Source of the DNA: Nitrospirota bacterium
GTDB lineage: Bacteria > Nitrospirota > Thermodesulfovibrionia > Thermodesulfovibrionales > Dissulfurispiraceae
NCBI GenBank assembly: GCA_963790025.1
Contig: CAWBMP010000005.1
Location: 64,001-128,000, forward strand
Length of the DNA stretch: 64,000 bases
Direction: 5' to 3'
The position numbers and the translations under genes were made by a program. Each line of letters starts with the position of its first letter. Position 1 is the first letter of the stretch. The notes below the pieces were generated by a model, which had not been told where the DNA came from, ran no database searches, and saw nothing but the letters and a program-made list of their open reading frames with translations. Below, one piece after another: positions 9,366 to 18,261 of this stretch.

Positions 9366-10900
9366 ACAAATGGACAAAATGGATTATTGCACTTACGGTC
9401 ATGCTCCCGACGCTCATAGAGATCGTGGATACCTCTGTGGTAAATGTGGCGCTCGACCATATCAGGGGGAGCCTTTCCGCAGGTCTTGATGAGTCGACCT
9501 GGACTATCACGTCCTACCTAGTTTCAAATGCCATCATTATTCCCATGACGGGATGGCTGAGCAGGATGTTCGGCAGGAAGCGTTACCTGATCTCTTCGAT
9601 AACACTTTTTACCGTAAGTTCCTTCTTGTGCGGCTCCGCCTGGAGTCTCCAGAGCCTCATTGTCTTCAGGGTCCTGCAGGGGATCGGAGGCGGCGCTCTG
9701 CAGCCTATTTCACAATCGATTCTCCTTGAGTCTTTCCCCCCGCGCCAGCACGGGATGGCAATGGCGGTATTCGGCGTCGGCATCATGTTTGGTCCGATCG
9801 TCGGGCCGCTCCTCGGCGGGTGGATTACCGACAACTGGTCCTGGCACTGGATCTTTTATATAAACATCCCGATCGGCATCATATCTATTCTTATGGCCTA
9901 CTTCTTTATCACCGATCCGCCTTATATTAAGCGGACTGCAATGAAGATAGATTACTGGGGTCTTATGCTTCTTGCCCTAGGACTCGGCAGCCTTCAGATC
10001 GTCCTTGACAAAGGACAGAGGGAGAACTGGTTCTCATCAAGCTTCATCTTCTGGTTGAGCATAATTTCGGGAACTGCTATTTTGTTGTTCGTTATTGTCG
10101 AGCTTTTTGCAGAGCACCCGATCGTGGACCTGAGGACATTCAAAAATGTCTCTTTCAGCACCGGAAACGTTGTAATGTTTTTTGCTTTTTTCAGTCTTTT
10201 TGCAAGTATTGTTCTCCTTCCCATTTATTTGCAGACGCTCATGGGATATACGGCAACCCTTGCCGGAATGGTGCTGGCACCGGGAGGTATCGCCGCGCTT
10301 ATAGCGATGCCCATTGCGGGAAGATTGGTAACCAGGGTGAACCCTAAAGGGCTGTTGTTTACCGGCATGGCCATCTGTGCCTATGCGACATACCGCATGT
10401 CACTATTTGATCTCTATGCGGATTTCGACGCGCTTCTTTGGCCGAGGATTGTTCAGGGCGTCGGGATAGGGCTTCTTTTTATACCGCTTACCACTCTTAC
10501 GCTCTCAACAGTAAAAAAGGAAGCCATGGGTAACGCGACGTCGATATACAACCTTTTAAGAAATCTGGGGGGAAGCTTTGGTGTTGCTTTTGTAACGACC
10601 ATTCTTGCACGGCGAGAACAATTCCATCAGTTCAGGCTTACTGAACATCTCACCCCTTTTGACAGGAGCTACCAGACTGCACTGCAGCAGTCTTCGAAGG
10701 TATTGCAGTATAAAGGCGCCGGCGTTTTATCGTCTCAGGCAGGCCAGGGGACGATCTACGGGGAGTTGCTGAGGCAAGCATCGATGCTTTCTTTCAACGA
10801 TGCTTTTCGGACGGTAAGCATAATTACGCTTTGCATCCTCCCGCTGGTGCTGCTTATGAGGCGCGGCAGAAAAAGCGATGTGCCTGCCGGAATGCATTAG
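9362..10900 (+). CDS. emrB: DHA2 family MFS efflux permease (EmrB/QacA)
   Basis: DTSVVNVAL, WTITSYL, FGRKR, GPIVGPLLGGWITDNWSWHWIFYINIPIG and NLLRNLGGSFG. Confidence 0.93.
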   Translation: MNKWTKWIIALTVMLPTLIEIVDTSVVNVALDHIRGSLSAGLDESTWTITSYLVSNAIIIPMTGWLSRMFGRKRYLISSITLFTVSSFLCGSAWSLQSLIVFRVLQGIGGGALQPISQSILLESFPPRQHGMAMAVFGVGIMFGPIVGPLLGGWITDNWSWHWIFYINIPIGIISILMAYFFITDPPYIKRTAMKIDYWGLMLLALGLGSLQIVLDKGQRENWFSSSFIFWLSIISGTAILLFVIVELFAEHPIVDLRTFKNVSFSTGNVVMFFAFFSLFASIVLLPIYLQTLMGYTATLAGMVLAPGGIAALIAMPIAGRLVTRVNPKGLLFTGMAICAYATYRMSLFDLYADFDALLWPRIVQGVGIGLLFIPLTTLTLSTVKKEAMGNATSIYNLLRNLGGSFGVAFVTTILARREQFHQFRLTEHLTPFDRSYQTALQQSSKVLQYKGAGVLSSQAGQGTIYGELLRQASMLSFNDAFRTVSIITLCILPLVLLMRRGRKSDVPAGMH

Positions 10901-10934
10901 CTGTCCGACGGTAATTATGGAGCGGTAATTCTGA

Positions 10935-11040
10935 ATACACTTCGTCGTGATATCCTATAACAATAGGGCTGCTCGCGCCTTCGGTTATTACGAAAGCAAT
11001 AACGATACGGACATTCAAACCCGCAAAGAATCCCTCTCAA
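10935..11040 (-). pseudogene. Possible remnant of a RelE/YafQ-like toxin C-terminus
   Basis: Minus-strand frame reads GFFAGLNVRIVIAFVITEGASSPIVIGYHDEVY, resembling the 'RI..F......IG.HDEVY' toxin tail. There are stops upstream and no start codon. Confidence 0.3.
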
Positions 11041-11312
11041 GCAAAATATATGGGTGCCCTCTATATAGGTGAATAACCAACACTTGCTGCAAACCTGATT
11101 GCCCTGATAGTTACGGTTGCACAACTTTGTCGCTGGTTAACCATTATAACAATGGCTATTACAGGGTCGCTTGGCTCCAACTGCGCCCGTTATAAAGCGG
11201 TTGCCTAAATAAACACTTTTAAAAAAATGATAATATAATGAGTCCATGACCTCTATCGAAAATAAAATACAATTAGGATAATTTAAAAAAATGGAATTGA
11301 AGGAGATTTTGC

Positions 11313-13355
11313 TTGGAAGAAGATGACTGTCCAAAAATCGAAGCTGGATACGGATTAGCTGCAGGTGGTTCTGCTTTTTCTGTTGGTATTGAAGCAGCAA
11401 AGAAAGCCTTATCAGCCATTCATGCGCATGCCATTTCAGCACTCCTGATATTTGCATCTGGCAAGTACAACCTTGAAGAGGTTTTAAAGGGAATTCATAG
11501 TGTGTCTGGTGATGTGCCTGTGTTTGGTACTACAACAGCAGGAGAGATTTGTGACGGAATACATAAGGAGACGGTTGTAGTTGTGGCTTTAGCCTCTCCT
11601 TATTTAAAGGTATCTTGTGGAATAGGAACAGATGTATCCAAAGATTGGCAGAAAGCTTTGGATGCGGCTGTGAATTCACCGAATATACGACCTTTCTTTC
11701 AATCCGATATTCAATTTAGGCAAGAAATGACTCGCATGGGTAAAAATGTTTTCGTTATGATCTTCTCCCCCGGCAATACTCGCAAAAGCAACTCTAAGAG
11801 TTTTGAGATTCTGGAAGCACTTAAGATGAAATCGTTGGGCAGATTTTCAATTGTTGGAGGATCTTCAGCGGATGACTGGCGGCTGGAAAAGAACCATGTG
11901 CTCTACGGGCAACAAGCCTATCCTGATAGCTTGCTTCTCGCTGTTTTTGAAACGGAACTTCAGTTCGGAATCTCCTTGACCCATGGGTTTCGTTCAGCCT
12001 CACTGAAAACAACTGTTACTTCTGTTGAAGGACATGAGGTTCTGACGCTGGATGGTGTTCGGGCAGCCGATATGGTCAGTAGATTATTGGGCTTCTCCAC
12101 GAAGGACCTGCAAGGAAAACACATATCCCTTGCAACGGGCCACACGCTGGGAACATCTGATCCTATGGGGCAATACAGCATAAATGTTGCCAGTTATTTT
12201 ACCCACCGGGGAGGCTTACTTTTAACCCAACCGGTCACTGCCGGGACGGTTTTGACATTGATGGAACCAAACACGGAGAGTATGGTAAGTGCAGGAACTG
12301 ATGCTTTGCGTAAGGCGATAATAAGAGGGGGGATAACGGATATAGCCATTTGTTTGGTCAATTACTGTGCATTACGCCGAAGAATTATGGGGGAAAAGTC
12401 GAAAGAGGAAATTTCCGGCATGACTAAAATGTTGGATGGAAAACCGATTGTAGGGTTTTACAGTTTTGGTGAGCAGGGAGTTGCGGATGATGGAGTTAGC
12501 CGTCACAATAACTCATCTGTTTCCTGCCTTGTGTTTGGAAGTCAACTGTCACAAACGGCACATGTTGCTTTTAGAAATAGTGTGTTATTGAACGAATTAA
12601 ACAAAGAAATAGAGATACGCAAGCGGACAGAAGAAGCCCTCAGGAGATCGCGTGAAGAATTAGAACTGCGGGTCATGGAACGAACCTCGGAACTGATAAT
12701 AGCACTTGATCGCTTGCGTAATCTTGCTGTCCATTTGCTGTCCATCAGCGAACAGGAAAGAACAAAGATCGCCCGTGATATACACGATGAACTTGGTCAG
12801 GCGCTAACCGCTATAAAGATAGATTTAAGCTGGTTTCGAGACGAATACGGAGACCATAAGTCGATCTTAGACAAGACTCATGCCATATTGAACGTCCTTG
12901 ATGCAACAATCATATCGGTAAAACATATATGTACTGAGTTGAGACCATGGCTATTAGATGATCTCGGTCTTTTCGCCGCTATGCAATGGCAGGCGAATGA
13001 ATTTGAGAAACGGACAGGAATTGAATGTACCGTTATCGAAGAACCCTTGGATATAGAGTTAGACAAAGAGCGAAATACTGTGCTTTACAGAATCTTCCAG
13101 GAAGCACTGACAAACGTCCTTAAACATGCTAAGGCGACAAAGGTAACGGCAAGACTAATGCAGGATGATGACCACGTAATGCTGGAAGTCATGGATAATG
13201 GCGAAGGCATAACAAAAGAACAACTTTCGAAGCCCCAATCCTTTGGCCTTATGGGGATGATTGAACGCGTTTATCCCTGGGGAGGGAAAGTGGAGATTAC
13301 CGGTACCGAAGGTGGAGGCACCATGGTTAGGATAATTATGCCTATGTCCCCTTAA
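11313..13355 (+). CDS. FIST-domain sensor histidine kinase (FIST_N, FIST_C, HisKA_3, HATPase_c), soluble
   Basis: GTTTAGEI, GGSSADD and GFYSFGEQ (FIST); ERTKIARDIHDELGQ (H-box); FQEALTNVLKHA, DNGEG and FGLMGM. Confidence 0.9.
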   Translation: MEEDDCPKIEAGYGLAAGGSAFSVGIEAAKKALSAIHAHAISALLIFASGKYNLEEVLKGIHSVSGDVPVFGTTTAGEICDGIHKETVVVVALASPYLKVSCGIGTDVSKDWQKALDAAVNSPNIRPFFQSDIQFRQEMTRMGKNVFVMIFSPGNTRKSNSKSFEILEALKMKSLGRFSIVGGSSADDWRLEKNHVLYGQQAYPDSLLLAVFETELQFGISLTHGFRSASLKTTVTSVEGHEVLTLDGVRAADMVSRLLGFSTKDLQGKHISLATGHTLGTSDPMGQYSINVASYFTHRGGLLLTQPVTAGTVLTLMEPNTESMVSAGTDALRKAIIRGGITDIAICLVNYCALRRRIMGEKSKEEISGMTKMLDGKPIVGFYSFGEQGVADDGVSRHNNSSVSCLVFGSQLSQTAHVAFRNSVLLNELNKEIEIRKRTEEALRRSREELELRVMERTSELIIALDRLRNLAVHLLSISEQERTKIARDIHDELGQALTAIKIDLSWFRDEYGDHKSILDKTHAILNVLDATIISVKHICTELRPWLLDDLGLFAAMQWQANEFEKRTGIECTVIEEPLDIELDKERNTVLYRIFQEALTNVLKHAKATKVTARLMQDDDHVMLEVMDNGEGITKEQLSKPQSFGLMGMIERVYPWGGKVEITGTEGGGTMVRIIMPMSP

Positions 13356-13677
13356 AACCATCGACGGACCTGGCTGAACTTGGGAAACTCCACGCTGATG
13401 ATTTGATTAAAAAAGTTCTTTAATAATTTGCAAAGAGGCAAAGGAAATAAATAGAACGACAAAGGGCTGGATTAAATACATACGCACTTTTCGCCGTCGA
13501 TCAATTGCCTCCTGAACATACACATCTGGTCATTTTGACTATAAGCTTTTTCAGAAGCCCACTTATGAGTCTCTCCTTATCGCTTGTGTTAAAATAATAG
13601 AAGCCGCCAAGGTTATAACATTAATATAATTTCCAAGAAACTACATATTGGAACCAGCCTGATAGTAAGGAGGCAAG

Positions 13678-14688
13678 ATGAAAAAACTTTTTGTTCTTAT
13701 TGGAGTTATTGCAGTCTTCTTTTCCTTTTCTACGGCATGGGGTGATGAAGTCGTACATGGTGCGGGGGCGTCGTTTGCCACGCCTGTATATCAGGCATGG
13801 GCATACGATTATAACAAGGCAATTGGAGTGAAGCTTAATTATCAGTCCGTGGGTTCGGGCGGCGGAATAAGACAGATCATCGAGAGGACAGTGGATTTCG
13901 GAGCTTCCGATGATCCCATACCCCCCGGCGACCTTAAGAGGTTCGATCTGGTCCAGTTTCCCACATTGATAGGGGGCGTCGTCCTTGCAGTAAACATCGA
14001 GGGAATCAAAGAGGGGCAATTAAAGCTCGATTCACAAGCTGTTTGCAGAATATACCTAGGCGATGTAAGGTACTGGGATGATGCCGCGATCAAGGTTCTC
14101 AATCCTTCTTTAAAATTGCCCCATGCCGCAATATCAGTTGTATTCCGCGCCGAGGGATCGGGGACGACAGCCATCTTCACCAACTATCTGGCAGGGACAT
14201 GTGCCGAGTTTAAAGCCAAGGTAGGACAGGGAACAGTGGTGAAGTGGCCACTGGGCATCGGCGGCAAGGGCAACGAGGGCGTTGCCAGCCATGTGAAGAC
14301 GTTAAACAACTCCATCGGATACTTACAATTCGCCTACGCTAAACAGAATAGACTCACGTATGCTCAGATGAAGAACAAAGCTGGCAACTTTGTCATGCCG
14401 GGTTTTGATACGTTTGAAGAGGCTGCTAATTCGGGAGTATTTGATGCCAACAAAGATTTCTTCGTGTGGCTCAATAATACCCCCGGCAAAAAAGCGTGGC
14501 CAATCACCGGAGCAACTTTTATTCTCCTTGCGCGGGATAGAAAGGATGCCAACATATTGACTGTTAAATTTTTTGACTGGGCTTTCAAGAACCGTGATGC
14601 TGTGGCTGAAGAACTTGGCTATGTGCCTCTTCGCAAATCTCTAAAGGATAAAATCAGAGCATATTGGAAAAGTAAAGGTATTTATTGA
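13678..14688 (+). CDS. pstS: Phosphate ABC transporter substrate-binding protein
   Basis: Signal peptide; GAGASFATP, NYQSVGSGGGI, VDFGASD, RAEGSGTT and GGKGNEGV. AAGGAGG RBS. Confidence 0.93.
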   Translation: MKKLFVLIGVIAVFFSFSTAWGDEVVHGAGASFATPVYQAWAYDYNKAIGVKLNYQSVGSGGGIRQIIERTVDFGASDDPIPPGDLKRFDLVQFPTLIGGVVLAVNIEGIKEGQLKLDSQAVCRIYLGDVRYWDDAAIKVLNPSLKLPHAAISVVFRAEGSGTTAIFTNYLAGTCAEFKAKVGQGTVVKWPLGIGGKGNEGVASHVKTLNNSIGYLQFAYAKQNRLTYAQMKNKAGNFVMPGFDTFEEAANSGVFDANKDFFVWLNNTPGKKAWPITGATFILLARDRKDANILTVKFFDWAFKNRDAVAEELGYVPLRKSLKDKIRAYWKSKGIY

Positions 14689-14770
14689 GCACATCTGTTA
14701 TCGGCCAGAATATGAAGTAGGACATCAATAGTATTCCTGCTCTTTTTGTTCAACAACCGGTTACGTCTAT

Positions 14771-15766
14771 TTATCTGATAATGAGTACCAATCCCTTACA
14801 GATAGCCCAGGCCAGAGCTACGCAGGCGGGGATTGTGATGATCCATGCAGCTACAATATTTCCTCCGAGAATCCACCGTACTGACGATAGGCGTTTAGAT
14901 GCGCCTACACCCATAATGGAAGCCGTTATGACATGGGTTGTTGACAGTGGCAATCCGATACGCGATGCTATCTCTATAACAGTCGCGGCAGCTGTCTCGG
15001 CAGCAAAGCCATTGATAGGTCTGAGTTGCGCCAGTTTCGTACCAAGAGTCTTGATAATCCTCCATCCTCCCACCGCTGTCCCCATGGCCATTGATGCCGC
15101 GCAGACGACAACGACCCACAAAGGGACATTGAAAGTGGGTAGATGATAGAAACTTACAAGGGCCATAGTAATTATTCCCATGGTTTTTTGAGCGTCGTTG
15201 TTACCATGACTGAAGGCCATATAAGCGGCAGAGAGAATTTGAAAACGGCTGAAAATATTGTTAACCAGGGATGGGGAGTGATTGCAAAAATACCTGGAGA
15301 GGAACTCCATTATAAAGTAGCCCAGGAAAAGGCCGACAATAGGGGAGACGATAAGGCCAATCAGAATTTTGAAAACGCCCATACCAATGACCACCCTTAT
15401 GCCGGAAGTTGCGACTGCGGCGCCCACAAGACTGGACAGCACTGCATGACTGGACGAGGTTGGAAGACCAAAATACCATGTTAGGAGGTCCCAAATGATT
15501 GCAGCGACAAGTGCTGAGAGTACTGTCAATTGAGTAACACTCCCGGCATCAACGAGTCCGGAGCCTACGGTCTTCGCTACCGCGGTTCCTGAAACAGCCC
15601 CCAGGAGGTTGAGCACTGTCGCCATGGCGATAGCGTTCCTTGGCGACAGGACGCGCGTAGAAACAGAGGTGGCTATGGCGTTAGCCGTGTCATGAAAGCC
15701 GTTGATGAAATCAAAAATAATCGAAAAAACAATCACGCAGACCAGCAGGGAAAAAGAATTATGCAT
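14771..15766 (-). CDS. pit: Inorganic phosphate transporter, PiT family
   Basis: NGFHDTANAIAT, GLPTSSSH, FSHGNNDAQKTMG and GLPLSTTH. Confidence 0.93.
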   Translation of the reverse strand: MHNSFSLLVCVIVFSIIFDFINGFHDTANAIATSVSTRVLSPRNAIAMATVLNLLGAVSGTAVAKTVGSGLVDAGSVTQLTVLSALVAAIIWDLLTWYFGLPTSSSHAVLSSLVGAAVATSGIRVVIGMGVFKILIGLIVSPIVGLFLGYFIMEFLSRYFCNHSPSLVNNIFSRFQILSAAYMAFSHGNNDAQKTMGIITMALVSFYHLPTFNVPLWVVVVCAASMAMGTAVGGWRIIKTLGTKLAQLRPINGFAAETAAATVIEIASRIGLPLSTTHVITASIMGVGASKRLSSVRWILGGNIVAAWIITIPACVALAWAICKGLVLIIR

Positions 15767-16379
15767 ATTTAAGGACTATTGCCTCGAGAATGTTTGCCAC
15801 GTCCTCACATGCATCGGACGCACTCTCCAGGTATTCGTAAACTTCCTTCCATTTAATAATAAATAGGGGGTCATTGACTTCATCAAAAAGCTTCGCGAGA
15901 GTATCGCGGTAAAGCCTGTCGATCCTGTTTTCAAGGCGATTTATTTCGATACAGTACTCCTGGACAAATGAATATCTTTTGTCCCTCAGGGCTGTAACAG
16001 CCTTGCTCATCATTTCTGTCGTCGTCATTAGTTCCTTCGCCATGGCGACTGCTTCCGGGGTAGGTCTTTGCAGTTTAAAAATCATAAATCGGTCGACGCA
16101 GGCCCATATGATGTCAATTACGTCATCGATCTTTGTAGCCAGGGCATGCAGGTCTTCGCGATCAATCGGCGTGATGAAGGTCTTGTTAAGCTTCTTGATG
16201 ATGTCGTGGGTCATGAAGTCCCCTTCTTTTTCGCATTCCCGGACCTCCTTCGAAATAATCTCAAGATTATCCATGTCCTGGAGTACTGCGACTAAAAGAG
16301 AGGCCCCCTTGATGACATTCCGCGACGCCATGTCAAAGAGTTCAAAAAAATCTGTTTGTTTAGGAAAAAAGAATTTCAT
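15759..16379 (-). CDS. DUF47 / PhoU-like phosphate transport regulator
   Basis: LNKTFITPIDREDL and IKWKEVYEYLESASDACEDVA; overlaps the pit start. Confidence 0.9.
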   Translation of the reverse strand: MKFFFPKQTDFFELFDMASRNVIKGASLLVAVLQDMDNLEIISKEVRECEKEGDFMTHDIIKKLNKTFITPIDREDLHALATKIDDVIDIIWACVDRFMIFKLQRPTPEAVAMAKELMTTTEMMSKAVTALRDKRYSFVQEYCIEINRLENRIDRLYRDTLAKLFDEVNDPLFIIKWKEVYEYLESASDACEDVANILEAIVLKYA

Positions 16380-16795
16380 ATGTGCGATGTCCCGTAGCTT
16401 AATAGATGTTCAAACGGCATGTCAACAACATTTTGCGTGACACAATATTTTGGTTTAGTGTCATACGCATTAAAATTAAAGCCATGTCTTTTTTTGTGTC
16501 TGATAATTTTGATAATCTCCACTTTTGAGATGATCGTTAGAGTGTTGTGTTGCAGGTGATCCTTCCAATAAGTTGCACCCATAGCCATAGAACGTTTCTT
16601 ATTAGTGGCGGTAAATAAGTCTTATAATATCATAATTAAGAACTGCACCGGCTTTGCTTTACTCTTCCAAAGACAAAAGAGATATAAACTAATCTGGTGC
16701 TACGACTAATGCTTGTATAGTACTGCGCCCACCTTTGAGATTTAAATTGCAATTTGAATTAAAGTCCAGGGATAAAGCCACCGGCAGTTTCACTT

Positions 16796-17307
16796 ATCGA
16801 AAAAATCACGAAAAATTGTTGACTATGTGATCAATATTCGAGGACACATCCCATCTCTTGACAATGCAACTACATCGTAGAACTATGGGACGTGCCCTGA
16901 ATTCTCAACACATCTTTTTATCGCCATTTTGTTCAAAAACTTTAATCCTCTTCGAGAAAAACAATCCTCTTCTGACCCCCATTAATCGCTGCGAGTACCA
17001 GTTCTTGCCGGTGAAGATAGGGCACGCGTGAGAGACGCGAACCTAAGTGCCCGGCAAAACGGTCGCAATTTATTGAATGCTTTTGACAGTCCCTTGATGC
17101 AATCCAGATAACCCCTGCGCGGAGTTTTTGCAACATGTTCACCGGACCGTCCTAATCCTGTTGGCTTGCATAGAGTTAAAGTCCTGGAGATCACAGAACG
17201 ATGCAATATACGAGTGTATCCATTGGAGGCATTAGACGGGACGCCAGTCCTCGATATTAAGCCGGTTATGCATGCATCGAACAAAATCATGAAAAATTGT
17301 TGACTAT
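16796..17307 (+). repeat. ~31-bp imperfect direct repeat pair (16796-16826 and 17276-17307)
   Basis: ATCGAA-AAAATCACGAAAAATTGTTGACTAT versus ATCGAACAAAATCATGAAAAATTGTTGACTAT (1 indel, 1 mismatch). Confidence 0.75.
17101..17303 (+). pseudogene. trmO: TrmO/TsaA (tRNA m6t6A37 methyltransferase) 3' fragment with a frameshift
   Basis: NPDN | PLRGVFATCSPDRPNPVGLHRVKVLE...LEALDGTPVLDIKPV matches the TsaA signature. There is a frameshift near 17110 and no N-terminal half. Confidence 0.8.
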
Positions 17308-17367
17308 TAGCGGTGTTATAGGTGATCATAAATTTTCATATTTTTTGTGCTCCCGAGGGGGATGCGA

Positions 17368-18261
17368 ATGGACATTAGCGAAGCCAGCATCAGGAAGGCT
17401 GAATACATAATAGCTGCAGCAGGACTTCCTCCCTGTCCAAGGATATATTTGGATATAAGCAATGAGGTCAATAAGCCCTTGCCTGACCTTGCGAGGATCA
17501 GCGAGCTTGTCAACAGAGACCTGTCACTGGCCGCCATAATACTTCAAGTAGCAAATTCGCCGTTTTATGGATTGGCAGGCCGTATCGACTCGATCAGCCA
17601 GGCTATAGGAATGCTCGGGTCAAATAATCTTCTCAATATAGTTGTTACCGTGTCACTTCGCAACGTTATCGGAATAGGTGACAGCGACCTGGCCAGGGCA
17701 TTGTGGAGGCATTCCCTTTCCACTGCTATGCTTTCAGCGCACATCGCCCGCAAATCGAAGATAGTCGATGATGCACACGCCTACACAGCCGGGCTGTTTC
17801 ATGACTGCGGAGTGGCCATACTCCTGAAAAAATTTCCCTTATACAGGGAACTCGTCGGACTTGCCCTGGCACCGTCGCCAGTGGAAGGCTTGCCCGGAAA
17901 ATTCGATACGATTATAGGTTTTGAGGTGACAAGGTTTCGTACTAGCCATGCGACTATCAGTTATATTATGGCTAAGACATGGGGATTGTCGGACACCTGT
18001 CTGGCCGCGATCCTGAACCACCATGATGTTGAATGGGCAGTTCGCCAGGAAGCAGTGAATGGACGACTTGCTGCTATATTACATGTCGCGGATTTTCTCG
18101 ATTCGTCCAACATAGTTTTATCAGGAGCACATAACGTAGACAGAAAGGCGTGGCTTGATGAACACAAAGGGACCCTCAACAATATCGATATTGATGAAGA
18201 TAAGTTCGGAGTTCTCGAAGATGAGTCATGCGCCCTCATAAATGACAATGAGTGGTTTTGA
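17368..18261 (+). CDS. HDOD domain protein
   Basis: LPPCP, DLSLAAIILQVANSPFYG, LWRHS, AGLFHDCG and WGL...AILNHH. Confidence 0.9.
   Translation: MDISEASIRKAEYIIAAAGLPPCPRIYLDISNEVNKPLPDLARISELVNRDLSLAAIILQVANSPFYGLAGRIDSISQAIGMLGSNNLLNIVVTVSLRNVIGIGDSDLARALWRHSLSTAMLSAHIARKSKIVDDAHAYTAGLFHDCGVAILLKKFPLYRELVGLALAPSPVEGLPGKFDTIIGFEVTRFRTSHATISYIMAKTWGLSDTCLAAILNHHDVEWAVRQEAVNGRLAAILHVADFLDSSNIVLSGAHNVDRKAWLDEHKGTLNNIDIDEDKFGVLEDESCALINDNEWF

Noticed and set aside
10915..11124. 69-aa Cys-rich minus-strand ORF
   Set aside because: No RBS or recognisable motif; another frame fits a toxin relic better.
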